In this document: one piece after another, positions 43,213 to 51,641 of the stretch
Layout: each line of letters opens with the position of its first letter
Numbering within the stretch: position 1 is the stretch's first letter
Sequence record: SRR22947727_1404
Direction: 5' to 3' (one strand)
Length of the DNA stretch: 51,641 nt
The notes under the pieces: generated by a model
The model's database searches: none
What the model was told of the DNA's origin: nothing
What the model saw: the letters and a program-made list of their open reading frames with translations, nothing else
Program-made: the position numbers and the translations under genes

Positions 43213-43327
43213 GGTCAAATCCTTTTTCGGCAGGGCATGCGTGCGGCGCTGATACCGCGTGAATTCCTCCCTTGCAATGCGTGTGAATTTAAGGGATTTT
43301 ATCGCAAAATTTTATTTAGGCAATTTC

Positions 43328-44203
43328 ATGCAGTTCCCAACGCTGAAGACGTATTTAAACTGGGCCAAAGCCCATGCGCCCAAAGGCCCTGTTGCTTTTA
43401 TATTTGCACAAGACGATATCGAGCTGACCCATACAGTCGCCCATCATATCAAATTAAGGTTCCGTCAGACGGTGGTGCTGGCCGATGTTCCATTTACCCG
43501 CCCCGCAGATCTGCCGGCTGAAGTGACCTTCATTGCGCGGGCTGCAAAATCCTCCTCCGATATCAGCCAAGAGATGAATGCCATCATCTCCGCCCTGCCC
43601 CAACAATGGATTTATTGCGGCTACAATGGCGAATATTTATTTTATCCATTTTGCGAATCCCGCAGCATTGGGGAGATCATCGCCTTCAACACCGAAGAGC
43701 GCCGCAAAACGATCGCCACGACTGTGGTGGACCTCTATGCGGGGCATTTGGGACACAGCCCGCATGGGGTGGATGTCACAAACGCCTATTTCGATCGGCT
43801 TGGGTATTACGCAGAAACCCGGCGGGATGCCGAACACAGGCCGCTTGAGCAGCAACTCAATATCTACGGCGGCTTGCGGTGGCGCTTTGAGGAGCATGTT
43901 CCATGGCACAAAAGGCGCATTGATCGCGTGGCTCTTTTTCAAAGCCTGCGTGGGTTAAAATTCCAGCCTGATTTCACCTTCAACCTACCAGAGTTCAACA
44001 CAATTTCCTGCCCTTGGCACCACAACCTGACCGCCTCAGTTTGCTCGTTTCGGGCCGCCAAAGCGTTGCGTCATAATCCCGGCAGCCGCCATGCCATTTC
44101 CAGTTTTCGCTGGCCGGGATCGGAACAGTTTAAATGGCATTCACAGCAATTGATGGATCTGGGTTTTATGGAACCGGGGCAGTGGTTTTTAGCCAAGTGC
44201 TAA
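43328..44203 (+). CDS. Hypothetical protein, possibly glycosyltransferase family 2-like
   Basis: Aromatic-rich ORF (YLFYPFCE, GGLRWRFEE, CPWH) fills the miaB-irr gap; the family call is from recall only. Confidence 0.65.
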   Translation: MQFPTLKTYLNWAKAHAPKGPVAFIFAQDDIELTHTVAHHIKLRFRQTVVLADVPFTRPADLPAEVTFIARAAKSSSDISQEMNAIISALPQQWIYCGYNGEYLFYPFCESRSIGEIIAFNTEERRKTIATTVVDLYAGHLGHSPHGVDVTNAYFDRLGYYAETRRDAEHRPLEQQLNIYGGLRWRFEEHVPWHKRRIDRVALFQSLRGLKFQPDFTFNLPEFNTISCPWHHNLTASVCSFRAAKALRHNPGSRHAISSFRWPGSEQFKWHSQQLMDLGFMEPGQWFLAKC

Positions 44204-44634
44204 GACTTGCGGCGCAGCCGAATAACCACATCGACTTTAGCAATTTCCGCCCCCTCTGGTGCGTCAGGCAGTGCCAAGATTTTTAATTGGTCTGCCGGGG
44301 CGTCCACCAACTCGGCGCTGTCTTCCCAATAAAAATGTGGATGATCCGTCATATTGGTGTCGAAATAGCTTTTCGCACCATCCACAGTAATTTCACGCAT
44401 CAAACCCGCATCACAAAAGGCCCGCAGAGTATTATAGACCGTAGCCAAAGAGACCTTATCGGCGTGATCATTGCTCGCGGCAAACAGGCTTTCGGCGGTT
44501 ACATGCCGATTTTTGCCATCTCCGATCAAGCGCCGCGCCAAAATCACCCGCTGCCGCGTTGGACGCAACCCGCCCTTGGCCAACCATTGGTCGACGAGCC
44601 GATGAGTTTCAACCTGAGCGTTTGTGTGATCCAT
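44200..44634 (-). CDS. irr: Fur-family iron response regulator Irr
   Basis: GLRPTRQR, HVTAE, VSLATVYNTL, DHPHFY (HxH), DVVIRLR; divergent from fabA. Confidence 0.93.
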   Translation of the reverse strand: MDHTNAQVETHRLVDQWLAKGGLRPTRQRVILARRLIGDGKNRHVTAESLFAASNDHADKVSLATVYNTLRAFCDAGLMREITVDGAKSYFDTNMTDHPHFYWEDSAELVDAPADQLKILALPDAPEGAEIAKVDVVIRLRRKS

Positions 44635-44640
44635 GGGCCC

Positions 44641-44668
44641 AATATGACGCCTTGGGACTAATTTTCAA
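44641..44668 (-). promoter_or_regulatory. Candidate promoter for a leaderless irr mRNA
   Basis: TTGAAA-16-CATATT-6-ATG; no SD. Confidence 0.5.
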
Positions 44669-44790
44669 TGGCAAAAGTTCAAAATATCAGCCAGCATAGT
44701 GAAATCATAAGGCCCAGGCGGCCTTGCCTCATGCCCTCAGACGTATATAGAGCTGTAAGCAAAACCGTTACACTAAATCAGGAGCCCAAT

Positions 44791-45300
44791 ATGCCATCAG
44801 ATTTTCCGACCTCTTTCGACAAAGACGGTCTTTTGAAATGCGCCCGTGGTGAGCTCTTCGGCCAGGGCAATGCGCAATTGCCCGAACCGCCAATGTTGAT
44901 GATGGACCGCGTGACGGAGATCAGCAGCGATGGTGGTCTGCACGGCAAGGGGCATGTAATTGCCGAATTCGACATTCATCCTGAGCTTTGGTTTTTTAAG
45001 TGCCACTTCCCGGGCGACCCGGTTATGCCCGGCTGTCTGGGGCTGGATGCGCTGTGGCAGTTGACCGGATTTAACCTAGGCTGGCGCGGCATGCCGGGGC
45101 GCGGACGGGCCTTGGGTGTTGGCGAGGTGAAATTCACGGATATGGTCACCCCAGAGGTCAAAATGATCACCTATCATGTTGACTTCACGCGTGTTATCGA
45201 TCGTAAGCTGAAACTGGGCATGGCGGACGGCCGCATGTTTGCAGATGGCAAAGAAATTTATACAACTGCCAATATGAAAGTTGGCTTGTTCACCGATTAA
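44791..45300 (+). CDS. fabA: 3-hydroxydecanoyl-ACP dehydratase/isomerase
   Basis: [40 protein letters not shown] before ATG 44791. Confidence 0.97.
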   Translation: MPSDFPTSFDKDGLLKCARGELFGQGNAQLPEPPMLMMDRVTEISSDGGLHGKGHVIAEFDIHPELWFFKCHFPGDPVMPGCLGLDALWQLTGFNLGWRGMPGRGRALGVGEVKFTDMVTPEVKMITYHVDFTRVIDRKLKLGMADGRMFADGKEIYTTANMKVGLFTD

Positions 45301-45314
45301 ACTAAGGGGATCAC

Positions 45315-46544
45315 ATGCGCCGTGTAGTCATCACAGGCCTGGGTATTGTCTCACCCATTGGCAATAATTTCGACGAAGTGACCGATGCGCTGAAAGCGGG
45401 TCGGTCTGGGATTGCTTTTGAACCAGAATATGCCGAGAACGGCTTTCGTAGCCGGGTTGCAGGCATTCCTAAAATCAACCCTGCTGATCATATAGATAAG
45501 CGCCACATGCGCTTTATGGGCACGGGTGCAGGCTACAACTATCTGGCCATGGAGCAGGCAATTGCCGATTCCGGCCTTGAGGAAAATGAAGTTTCAAATG
45601 TCCGCACCGGGTTGATCATGGGCTCTGGTGGCCCTTCGACCGCGAATTTTCACGCGGCCTTTGATGTGGTGAAAAACCGCGGTGGACCAAAACGCATGGG
45701 CCCCTTCATGGTGACGCGCTGCATGAGCTCTGCCCATTCTGCGACTCTGGCCACGCCTTTTAAGATCAAAGGCTTGAACTACTCCATCACCTCCGCCTGC
45801 GCCACTTCGGCCCATTGCATCGGCAATGCGATGGAGCAAATTCAGCTCGGCAAACAAGATGTGGTCTTTGCGGGCGGTGGCGAAGAGGTGCATTGGTCCC
45901 TCTCCTGCCTGTTTGATGCGATGAACGCGATGTCATCGAAGTACAACGATACGCCTGAGACGGCCTCACGCCCCTATGATGCCAACCGCGATGGGTTTGT
46001 GATCGCCGGCGGCGGCGGTGTCTTGGTGCTCGAAGAATTGGAACATGCCAAAGCGCGCGGCGCGAAAATCTACGCGGAGCTGACCGGATATGGCGCCACC
46101 TCTGACGGGGCCGATATGGTGGCCCCCTCCGGTGAAGGTGGCGAGCGCTCTATGCGTCAAGCTCTAGCCATGTTGGATCCCGACCGAAAGGTGAGCTACA
46201 TCAACGCCCATGGCACCTCGACACCAGCTGGCGATGTGACCGAAGTGCAGGCCGTGCGTAATATTTTTGGTCAAGGATCAACTCCACCGATCTCCTCGAC
46301 CAAATCCTTGACAGGGCATTCTTTGGGCGCAACCTCGGTTCACGAAGCGATCTACTCGCTCTCGATGATGCAAAATAGCTTCATTTCAGCCTCTGCGAAC
46401 GTGCAAGAGCTCGATCCGGCGCTGGATGCCTCAGAGATTGTCACCACACGGCAAGACGATGTCGAGCTTGATACAATTCTTTCCAACAGCTTTGGCTTTG
46501 GTGGCACAAATGCGACCTTAATCATGAGCAAATTTAACGGATAA
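45315..46544 (+). CDS. fabB: Beta-ketoacyl-ACP synthase I
   Basis: [29 protein letters not shown]. Confidence 0.96.
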   Translation: MRRVVITGLGIVSPIGNNFDEVTDALKAGRSGIAFEPEYAENGFRSRVAGIPKINPADHIDKRHMRFMGTGAGYNYLAMEQAIADSGLEENEVSNVRTGLIMGSGGPSTANFHAAFDVVKNRGGPKRMGPFMVTRCMSSAHSATLATPFKIKGLNYSITSACATSAHCIGNAMEQIQLGKQDVVFAGGGEEVHWSLSCLFDAMNAMSSKYNDTPETASRPYDANRDGFVIAGGGGVLVLEELEHAKARGAKIYAELTGYGATSDGADMVAPSGEGGERSMRQALAMLDPDRKVSYINAHGTSTPAGDVTEVQAVRNIFGQGSTPPISSTKSLTGHSLGATSVHEAIYSLSMMQNSFISASANVQELDPALDASEIVTTRQDDVELDTILSNSFGFGGTNATLIMSKFNG

Positions 46545-46548
46545 AATC

Positions 46549-47337
46549 ATGGCAGAACTTCTTAAAGGAAAACGCGGTCTGATCACCGGAATTGCAAATG
46601 ATCGCTCCATTGCTTGGGGCATCGCGGAGGCTATGAAGGCCGAGGGTGCAGAATTGGCCTTTGGCGTGCAAATGGATGTCTTTGGTGAGAAAGTCAAACC
46701 TTTGGCGGCCAATATGGGTGTGGATCTTGTGCTGGATTATAACGTGCAAGACGATGCCAGCACGCAAGCGGCCTTTGACACATTGGCCGATAAATGGGGC
46801 GGGCTGGATTTCGCTGTGCATGCCATCGCCTATTCCGACAAGAGCGAATTGACCGGACGGTTCATCAATACCAGCCGCGAAAACTTCAAAAGCTCTCTAG
46901 AAATCTCGGCCTATTCCTTCATCGACATGGCCAAGAAAGCTGAGCCATTGATGAAAGATGGCGGCACTTTGATCACGTTGACCTATCAGGGCAGCCGCAA
47001 GGCCACCCCTTGGTATAACGTCATGGGCGTGGCGAAAGCGGCGCTGGAATCGGCAGTGGTCTATCTGGCCAATGATTTGGGCCCGCAAAAAATTCGTGTG
47101 AATGCGATTTCTCCCGGCCCAATGAAAACCCTCTCTGGCGCGGCCATTGGCGGCGCGCGCAAGACCTTCCGCTTCACCGAAGCCAACACGCCCCTGCGCG
47201 CCAATGCCACCAAAGCCTCTATCGGCGGCACCGCTGTCTATTTGGCATCAGATTATGGCGAATGCACCACCGGCGAGACCATTATGGTGGATGGCGGTCT
47301 TCATATCCTGGGCCTGCCACAGCCCGAGAATTTCTAA
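46549..47337 (+). CDS. fabI: Enoyl-ACP reductase
   Basis: GIANDRSIAWG, YNVMGVAKAALE, NAISPGP. Confidence 0.95.
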   Translation: MAELLKGKRGLITGIANDRSIAWGIAEAMKAEGAELAFGVQMDVFGEKVKPLAANMGVDLVLDYNVQDDASTQAAFDTLADKWGGLDFAVHAIAYSDKSELTGRFINTSRENFKSSLEISAYSFIDMAKKAEPLMKDGGTLITLTYQGSRKATPWYNVMGVAKAALESAVVYLANDLGPQKIRVNAISPGPMKTLSGAAIGGARKTFRFTEANTPLRANATKASIGGTAVYLASDYGECTTGETIMVDGGLHILGLPQPENF

Positions 47338-47355
47338 GACCTCCGGGGTCTTAGA
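47333..47355. terminator. Hairpin between the convergent fabI and dehydratase genes
   Basis: TCTAAGACC...GGTCTTAGA inverted repeat; weak T tail. Confidence 0.45.
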
Positions 47356-47385
47356 TACTGTTTCAAAAGACATCGCCCGGCTTGC

Positions 47386-48363
47386 CTAGGGGCTGGGATA
47401 GGTCTCTAGCGCGCGGGTGAACATCTGTGCATCTATATTGCCACCCGAGGCGATGCAGATCACATGCTCACCGCTCAGCTGCTCCCCATGATAGAGTGCA
47501 GCGGCCAGAGCAATGGCTCCACCGGGTTCGAGCACAAGTTTAAACCGGCTAAAGGCCACAGAGATGGCCCGCAGGCAATCTTCTTCCGGCACAACGATGC
47601 CCGGCCCGCAAAGCTCGTGCATGAGCGGAAAGGTCATTTCCCCAGGGCTGCGGGTGACAATGGCATCGCAAATGCTGCCGCCGCTGCGGGTATTGCTTTC
47701 CCGGCGACCGCTTTGTAGCGAACGGGTCACGTCATCGAAATCCACGGGCTCCACAGGCCGCACGCGCATATCAGGCGCCTCCTGCTCCAGCGCCAATGCG
47801 ACCCCAGAGGTCAAACCGCCGCCGCCGCAACAGACCAAGACATCAGCCTTGGCAATCCCAACCTCCGCTGCTTGCGCGGCTATTTCCAGCCCGCAGGTGC
47901 CCTGCCCGGCAATGACCTCAGGCGCATCATAGGGTTTGATCAGGCTCAAACCACGCGCCTCAGCCAGGGCCGCGCCGATGGCCTCACGGTCCTCGTGGTC
48001 TCGGTCATATAAAATCACCTCAGCCCCCAGCGCGCGGGTGTTCTCAACCTTCAATCGGGGGGCATCTTTCGGCATCACAATAACCGCCGGCACCCCATGC
48101 AGACGGGCGGCCAGCGCCACGCCCTGCGCATGATTGCCCGACGAATAGGCAATGACGCCCGCCGAGCGCACCTCAGCTGCGAGGGCCGAGACCGCAGACC
48201 AGCCGCCGCGAAACTTAAATGATCCAGTATGTTGCAAAGCCTCCGCCTTGACCCAGACCCGCCGCCCGGCGATCTGATCGACAAAGGCAGAATTGAGCAG
48301 CGGGGTGCGCCGCGCCTGGCCTTCCAGCCGCTGCGCCGCGGCCCGTATCATCTCTATATTCAT
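47386..48363 (-). CDS. Threonine/serine dehydratase family PLP enzyme (no regulatory domain)
   Basis: TGSFKFRG, SSGNHAQG, GGGGL, SGGN. Confidence 0.9.
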   Translation of the reverse strand: MNIEMIRAAAQRLEGQARRTPLLNSAFVDQIAGRRVWVKAEALQHTGSFKFRGGWSAVSALAAEVRSAGVIAYSSGNHAQGVALAARLHGVPAVIVMPKDAPRLKVENTRALGAEVILYDRDHEDREAIGAALAEARGLSLIKPYDAPEVIAGQGTCGLEIAAQAAEVGIAKADVLVCCGGGGLTSGVALALEQEAPDMRVRPVEPVDFDDVTRSLQSGRRESNTRSGGSICDAIVTRSPGEMTFPLMHELCGPGIVVPEEDCLRAISVAFSRFKLVLEPGGAIALAAALYHGEQLSGEHVICIASGGNIDAQMFTRALETYPSP

Positions 48364-48366
48364 CTT

Positions 48367-49050
48367 TCATACCCCTGCTATTTGAGGAATCCCGGTTAAA
48401 TCTCGCAATTGATAGTGCGGTGTCCATGGCAGGCGATCAACCGGCTCACCGCTGCGATTCACCCAAGCGGTTGCGAAGCCATATTCCGCCGCCGCCGCCG
48501 CATCCCAACCATTGGAGGAGACAAAAAGCACCTCCCCGACCTGACATCCTAAATGGCTTCCGACCAGGTCATAGACCCGGCGGTCTGGCTTAAAAATTCC
48601 AACAGATTCAACAGACAAAACCGCATCGAGCCGATCTGAAAGCCCGGCAGAGACAACGGCACCCTCCAACATATCAGGCGAGCCATTGGACAAAATAGCC
48701 GTGTTGAGCCCCGCCGCCTTGAGGGCCGCGAGCATCGCTGGCACTTCCTCATAGGCTGCAAGACTCCAATAGAGATCCAGCAAGTCTTTGCGCAGGCGCG
48801 CCCCCGAGACCCCATTGGCCTCCATCGCCCAATCCAGCCCATCTTGGGTCACCTGCCAAAAATCAGTATGAGCGCCCATCACAGCCCGCAACCAACTGTA
48901 TTGCAGCTGTTTCAGGCGCCAGTCTCCAGCCAATTTAGCCCAATTTTCAGCAATTTCAGAATTCTCCGGGCGACTGGCAGCTTGGCGGGCGGCCGAGGCC
49001 ACATCGAACAAAGTCCCATAGGCGTCAAAGACGCAGGTTGTGATAGCCAT
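48367..49050 (-). CDS. Haloacid dehalogenase type II
   Basis: FDAYGTLFD, WRLKQLQYSW, ILSNG, FKP, VSSNGWD; AAGGAGG SD before ATG 49050. Confidence 0.92.
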   Translation of the reverse strand: MAITTCVFDAYGTLFDVASAARQAASRPENSEIAENWAKLAGDWRLKQLQYSWLRAVMGAHTDFWQVTQDGLDWAMEANGVSGARLRKDLLDLYWSLAAYEEVPAMLAALKAAGLNTAILSNGSPDMLEGAVVSAGLSDRLDAVLSVESVGIFKPDRRVYDLVGSHLGCQVGEVLFVSSNGWDAAAAAEYGFATAWVNRSGEPVDRLPWTPHYQLRDLTGIPQIAGV

Positions 49051-49107
49051 AGAATCCTCCTTAAGATGAGGCCAACGATAGCGACAATCGGCGAAAGGGG
49101 AAGAGAC

Positions 49108-49896
49108 ATGCACGTCTTCGACAAATCTGGAATGCATATTCATTATCGCGATGAGGGCGACCCGCAGGGCGCTCCGTTGGTCTTTTCCAACTCATTGGGC
49201 ACGGATATGCGGCTGTGGGATCAGATTATGCCCTTGCTGCCCGCCGGTCTGCGTATCATTCGTTATGACATGCGGGGGCACGGTCTGAGCGATTGTCCAG
49301 AGGCGCCCTATTCTATGGGTGCCCTGATTTCTGATGCTGAAGCTCTGCTTGATCATTTGCAAATTACGTCCTGCCTCTTTGTTGGCCTGTCCATCGGCGG
49401 TATGGTTGCCCAGGGGCTGGCCAGCAAAAGGTTGGATTTGATCCGAGCCATGGTCCTATCAAACACAGCCGCTAAGATTGCCACCAAAGATATTTGGCAA
49501 GACCGGATAGACAGCATCCGAAGAGACGGCATTGGCCCGGTGGCCGGCGCCACGATGCAGCGGTGGTTTAGCCCTGAAATGCACGGCACGCCGGCGATGG
49601 CCCCTTGGGCTAATATGTTGCTGGCCACCCGCGAGGAGGGTTATATTGGCTGCGCCCATGCGATCTCTGGTACAGATTTTATAACCCCAACCTCGGCCCT
49701 GCGCTTGCCGGTCATGGGCATCGCCGGTGATCACGACAGTTCTACCCCACCAGATTTGGTGCGCGAAACCCTGGAGCTTATCCCCGGCAGCAGCTTTCAC
49801 ATCATCCGCGGCGCGGGCCATTTGCCCTGCGTTGAACGACCGGCGCAATTTGCCACACTCTTGGGTGATTTTTTGCGTGCAACCGGACATATCTAA
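49108..49896 (+). CDS. pcaD: 3-oxoadipate enol-lactonase-like alpha/beta hydrolase
   Basis: FSNSLGTD..LWD, YDMRGHG, GLSIGG, GHLPCVE. Confidence 0.8.
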   Translation: MHVFDKSGMHIHYRDEGDPQGAPLVFSNSLGTDMRLWDQIMPLLPAGLRIIRYDMRGHGLSDCPEAPYSMGALISDAEALLDHLQITSCLFVGLSIGGMVAQGLASKRLDLIRAMVLSNTAAKIATKDIWQDRIDSIRRDGIGPVAGATMQRWFSPEMHGTPAMAPWANMLLATREEGYIGCAHAISGTDFITPTSALRLPVMGIAGDHDSSTPPDLVRETLELIPGSSFHIIRGAGHLPCVERPAQFATLLGDFLRATGHI

Positions 49897-49915
49897 GCAA
49901 TTCAGGATCCCTGGC

Positions 49916-51142
49916 ATGAACAAACCTCTGGCCTTTACCTTCATCATTGTCACCCTGACAATTGATGCCATGGGCATTGGCCTGATCATTCCTGTGATGC
50001 CCGATCTGTTGCAGGACATTGAAGGCGGAGATCTCGGCCATGCGGCCATTTGGGGCGGGATTCTGTCAATGGTCTTCGCCTTAATGCAATTTCTTTTTGG
50101 TCCCACCATCGGCTCGCTAAGCGACAGATACGGGCGCAGGCCGGTGCTGCTGGTCTCTTTGCTGGTCATCGCCGTGGATTATGTCGTCATGGGGCTGGCC
50201 CATTCGATCTGGCTGCTGGTTCTGACCCGCGTCATTGGCGGCATCGCCGCCGCGACCCAAGCCACCGCTGCAGCCTTCATCTCGGACATCTCGACCGCAG
50301 AGAACCGCTCCGCCAATTTCGGCATTCTGGGCGCCTCCTTTGGGGTTGGCTTTGTACTGGGCCCGCTGATCGGTGGTCTTTTGGGCGAATATGGCTTCCG
50401 CGTCCCGTTTTTTGCGGCCGCCGGGCTGGCCAGCCTCAACCTCCTGTTGGGATATTTTGTATTGCCCGAAACGGTGAGCAAAGAGCTGCGCCGCCCGTTT
50501 GATCCGGCCCGGGCCAATCCTTTGGGCGCGCTGGTGCAAATACGTAAAATTCCCGGCCTGGCGCGATTTTTGCTGGTGTTTTTTCTCTATGAATTTGCCT
50601 TTTACTCCTATCCCGCGATTTGGGTGTATTACGCCAAAGCACAGTTTCATTGGGAACCCGGCATGGTTGGCCTCTCCTTGGCCTCCTTCGGCATATCCGT
50701 GGCCGTCGTCGAAGGTCTGTTGATCCGCAGGATCTTGCCCTGGCTTGGTGGGCGGCGCACCATCGTCATTGGCTTTATGTTCAATATCGCCATGTTTACC
50801 GCTTTGGGCTTTCTCACCTCTGGGTTTTGGGCACTTATCATCGCGCCCTTTTCCGCGCTTGGCTCGGTTGTGGTGCCCGCCATGCGCGGCATCATGGCCA
50901 ATAAAGCGGCGGCCAATCAGCAGGGGGAAGTCCAAGGTATCATCGCCTCAACCCAATCTCTGGCGGTCATTTTTGCCCCGTTGGTGCTGACCTATGTGTT
51001 CTATCTCGCCACGCGTCCCGGCGGGCCGGTCTTTTTGCCGGGTGCGCCGTTTCTTCTGGCCGCGGCCGTGGTGGCGATCACGCTGACCCTCTTTACCACC
51101 CGGCCAAGGCGCAGCATCTCCGGGCAAAATTCCACCCGTTAA
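49916..51142 (+). CDS. TCR/Tet family MFS efflux transporter
   Basis: DAMGIGLIIPVMP, GSLSDRYGRRPV, GFVLGP, LPET, QQGEVQG. Confidence 0.9.
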   Translation: MNKPLAFTFIIVTLTIDAMGIGLIIPVMPDLLQDIEGGDLGHAAIWGGILSMVFALMQFLFGPTIGSLSDRYGRRPVLLVSLLVIAVDYVVMGLAHSIWLLVLTRVIGGIAAATQATAAAFISDISTAENRSANFGILGASFGVGFVLGPLIGGLLGEYGFRVPFFAAAGLASLNLLLGYFVLPETVSKELRRPFDPARANPLGALVQIRKIPGLARFLLVFFLYEFAFYSYPAIWVYYAKAQFHWEPGMVGLSLASFGISVAVVEGLLIRRILPWLGGRRTIVIGFMFNIAMFTALGFLTSGFWALIIAPFSALGSVVVPAMRGIMANKAAANQQGEVQGIIASTQSLAVIFAPLVLTYVFYLATRPGGPVFLPGAPFLLAAAVVAITLTLFTTRPRRSISGQNSTR

Positions 51143-51143
51143 A

Positions 51144-51174
51144 TGTCGCAAAACCTCTTGCAGGTTTTGCAACA
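51144..51174. other. Near-perfect 13-bp inverted repeat between the MFS and ADH genes
   Basis: TGTCGCAAAACCT-CTTGC-AGGTTTTGCAACA. Confidence 0.55.
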
Positions 51175-51211
51175 GGCTTTAGCCTCGGGGCAGTTATCTA
51201 ATGGAGCCGAA

Positions 51212-51641
51212 ATGACCCGTATCAAAGCCGCCGTCGCCCATGCCTTTGGCCAGCCTCTTTCCATCGAAGAGGTTGAATTGGCGCGCCCCAACTCTGGGGA
51301 AGTTGAAGTCACTCTCGAGGCCTGCGCCATTTGCCACTCAGACATCACCTATCTGGACGGCGGTTGGGGTGGCTCGCTGCCTGCGGTCTATGGCCATGAG
51401 GCGGCGGGACGCATTTCTGCGCTTGGCGATGGGGTCACGGGTCTGAAGCCCGGTGATGCGGTCGTGGTGACATTGATTCGCTCTTGCGGCACCTGCCCCT
51501 CCTGCTGCACAGGCCGGCCCACAGGCTGTGAGGCCGCCTATGACGGGGACAAAGGCCCGCTCTCCATGCCGGACGGTAGCAAATTGCATCAAGCCATGGC
51601 CAGCGGGGCCTTTGCCCAGCGCGTCGTTGTCGCGCAAACTC
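51212..51641 (+). CDS. Zinc-dependent alcohol dehydrogenase (runs off the window end)
   Basis: Read directly: MTRIKAAVAHAFGQPL..CAICHSD..YGHEAAG..CGTCPSC; GGAG SD; missing from the ORF track because there is no stop in the window. Confidence 0.9.
   Translation, partial: MTRIKAAVAHAFGQPLSIEEVELARPNSGEVEVTLEACAICHSDITYLDGGWGGSLPAVYGHEAAGRISALGDGVTGLKPGDAVVVTLIRSCGTCPSCCTGRPTGCEAAYDGDKGPLSMPDGSKLHQAMASGAFAQRVVVAQT

Noticed and set aside
48844..49143. Apparent head-to-head overlap of the HAD and pcaD ORFs
   Set aside because: Artefact of longest-ORF calling; SD-supported starts at 49050 and 49108 do not overlap
49916..51142. Acquired tetracycline resistance gene
   Set aside because: No TetR or mobile-element context; composition resembles the neighbours; family-level similarity only
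1..51641. CRISPR array, IS, integrase, prophage, tRNA/rRNA or defence system
   Set aside because: No spaced repeats, transposase/integrase motifs or cloverleaf signatures seen; nearly all sequence is explained by housekeeping genes

Overview
A 51.6-kb stretch of core chromosome from a moderately GC-rich alphaproteobacterium. Gene content and order, plus a SAM/SAH riboswitch, point to the Rhodobacteraceae/Roseobacter group (inference). It holds about 53 intact genes: fhs, MOSC, ftsH-tilS, the tol-pal cluster, ruvCAB, DUF1127, prmA, msrA, MFS transporters, an lldD-like oxidase, rplY-pth-DUF2332-DUF2237, trpFB, ihfB, rpsA, cmk-aroA, trmB, metK, the miaB-phoH-ybeY-corC-lnt operon, irr, fabABI, a Thr dehydratase-family enzyme, a HAD, a pcaD-like hydrolase, a Tet-type MFS and a Zn-ADH cut by the window end. 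I saw no tRNA, rRNA, mobile element, prophage, CRISPR array or defence system. I cannot support a large novel system here. The best leads are small-scale: (1) an unannotated 24-28 aa single-TM ORF between fhs and MOSC; (2) a four-gene catabolic islet (tautomerase, LacI, PhyH dioxygenase, AKR) splitting cmk-rpsA, with helically phased TTGAGG repeats; (3) a BCCT transporter pseudogene with two lesions; (4) a SAM/SAH riboswitch variant before metK; (5) several readable regulatory signals (SOS box, IHF site, LysR palindrome, probable leaderless pth and irr). All calls come from reading motifs by eye; no database searches were run.
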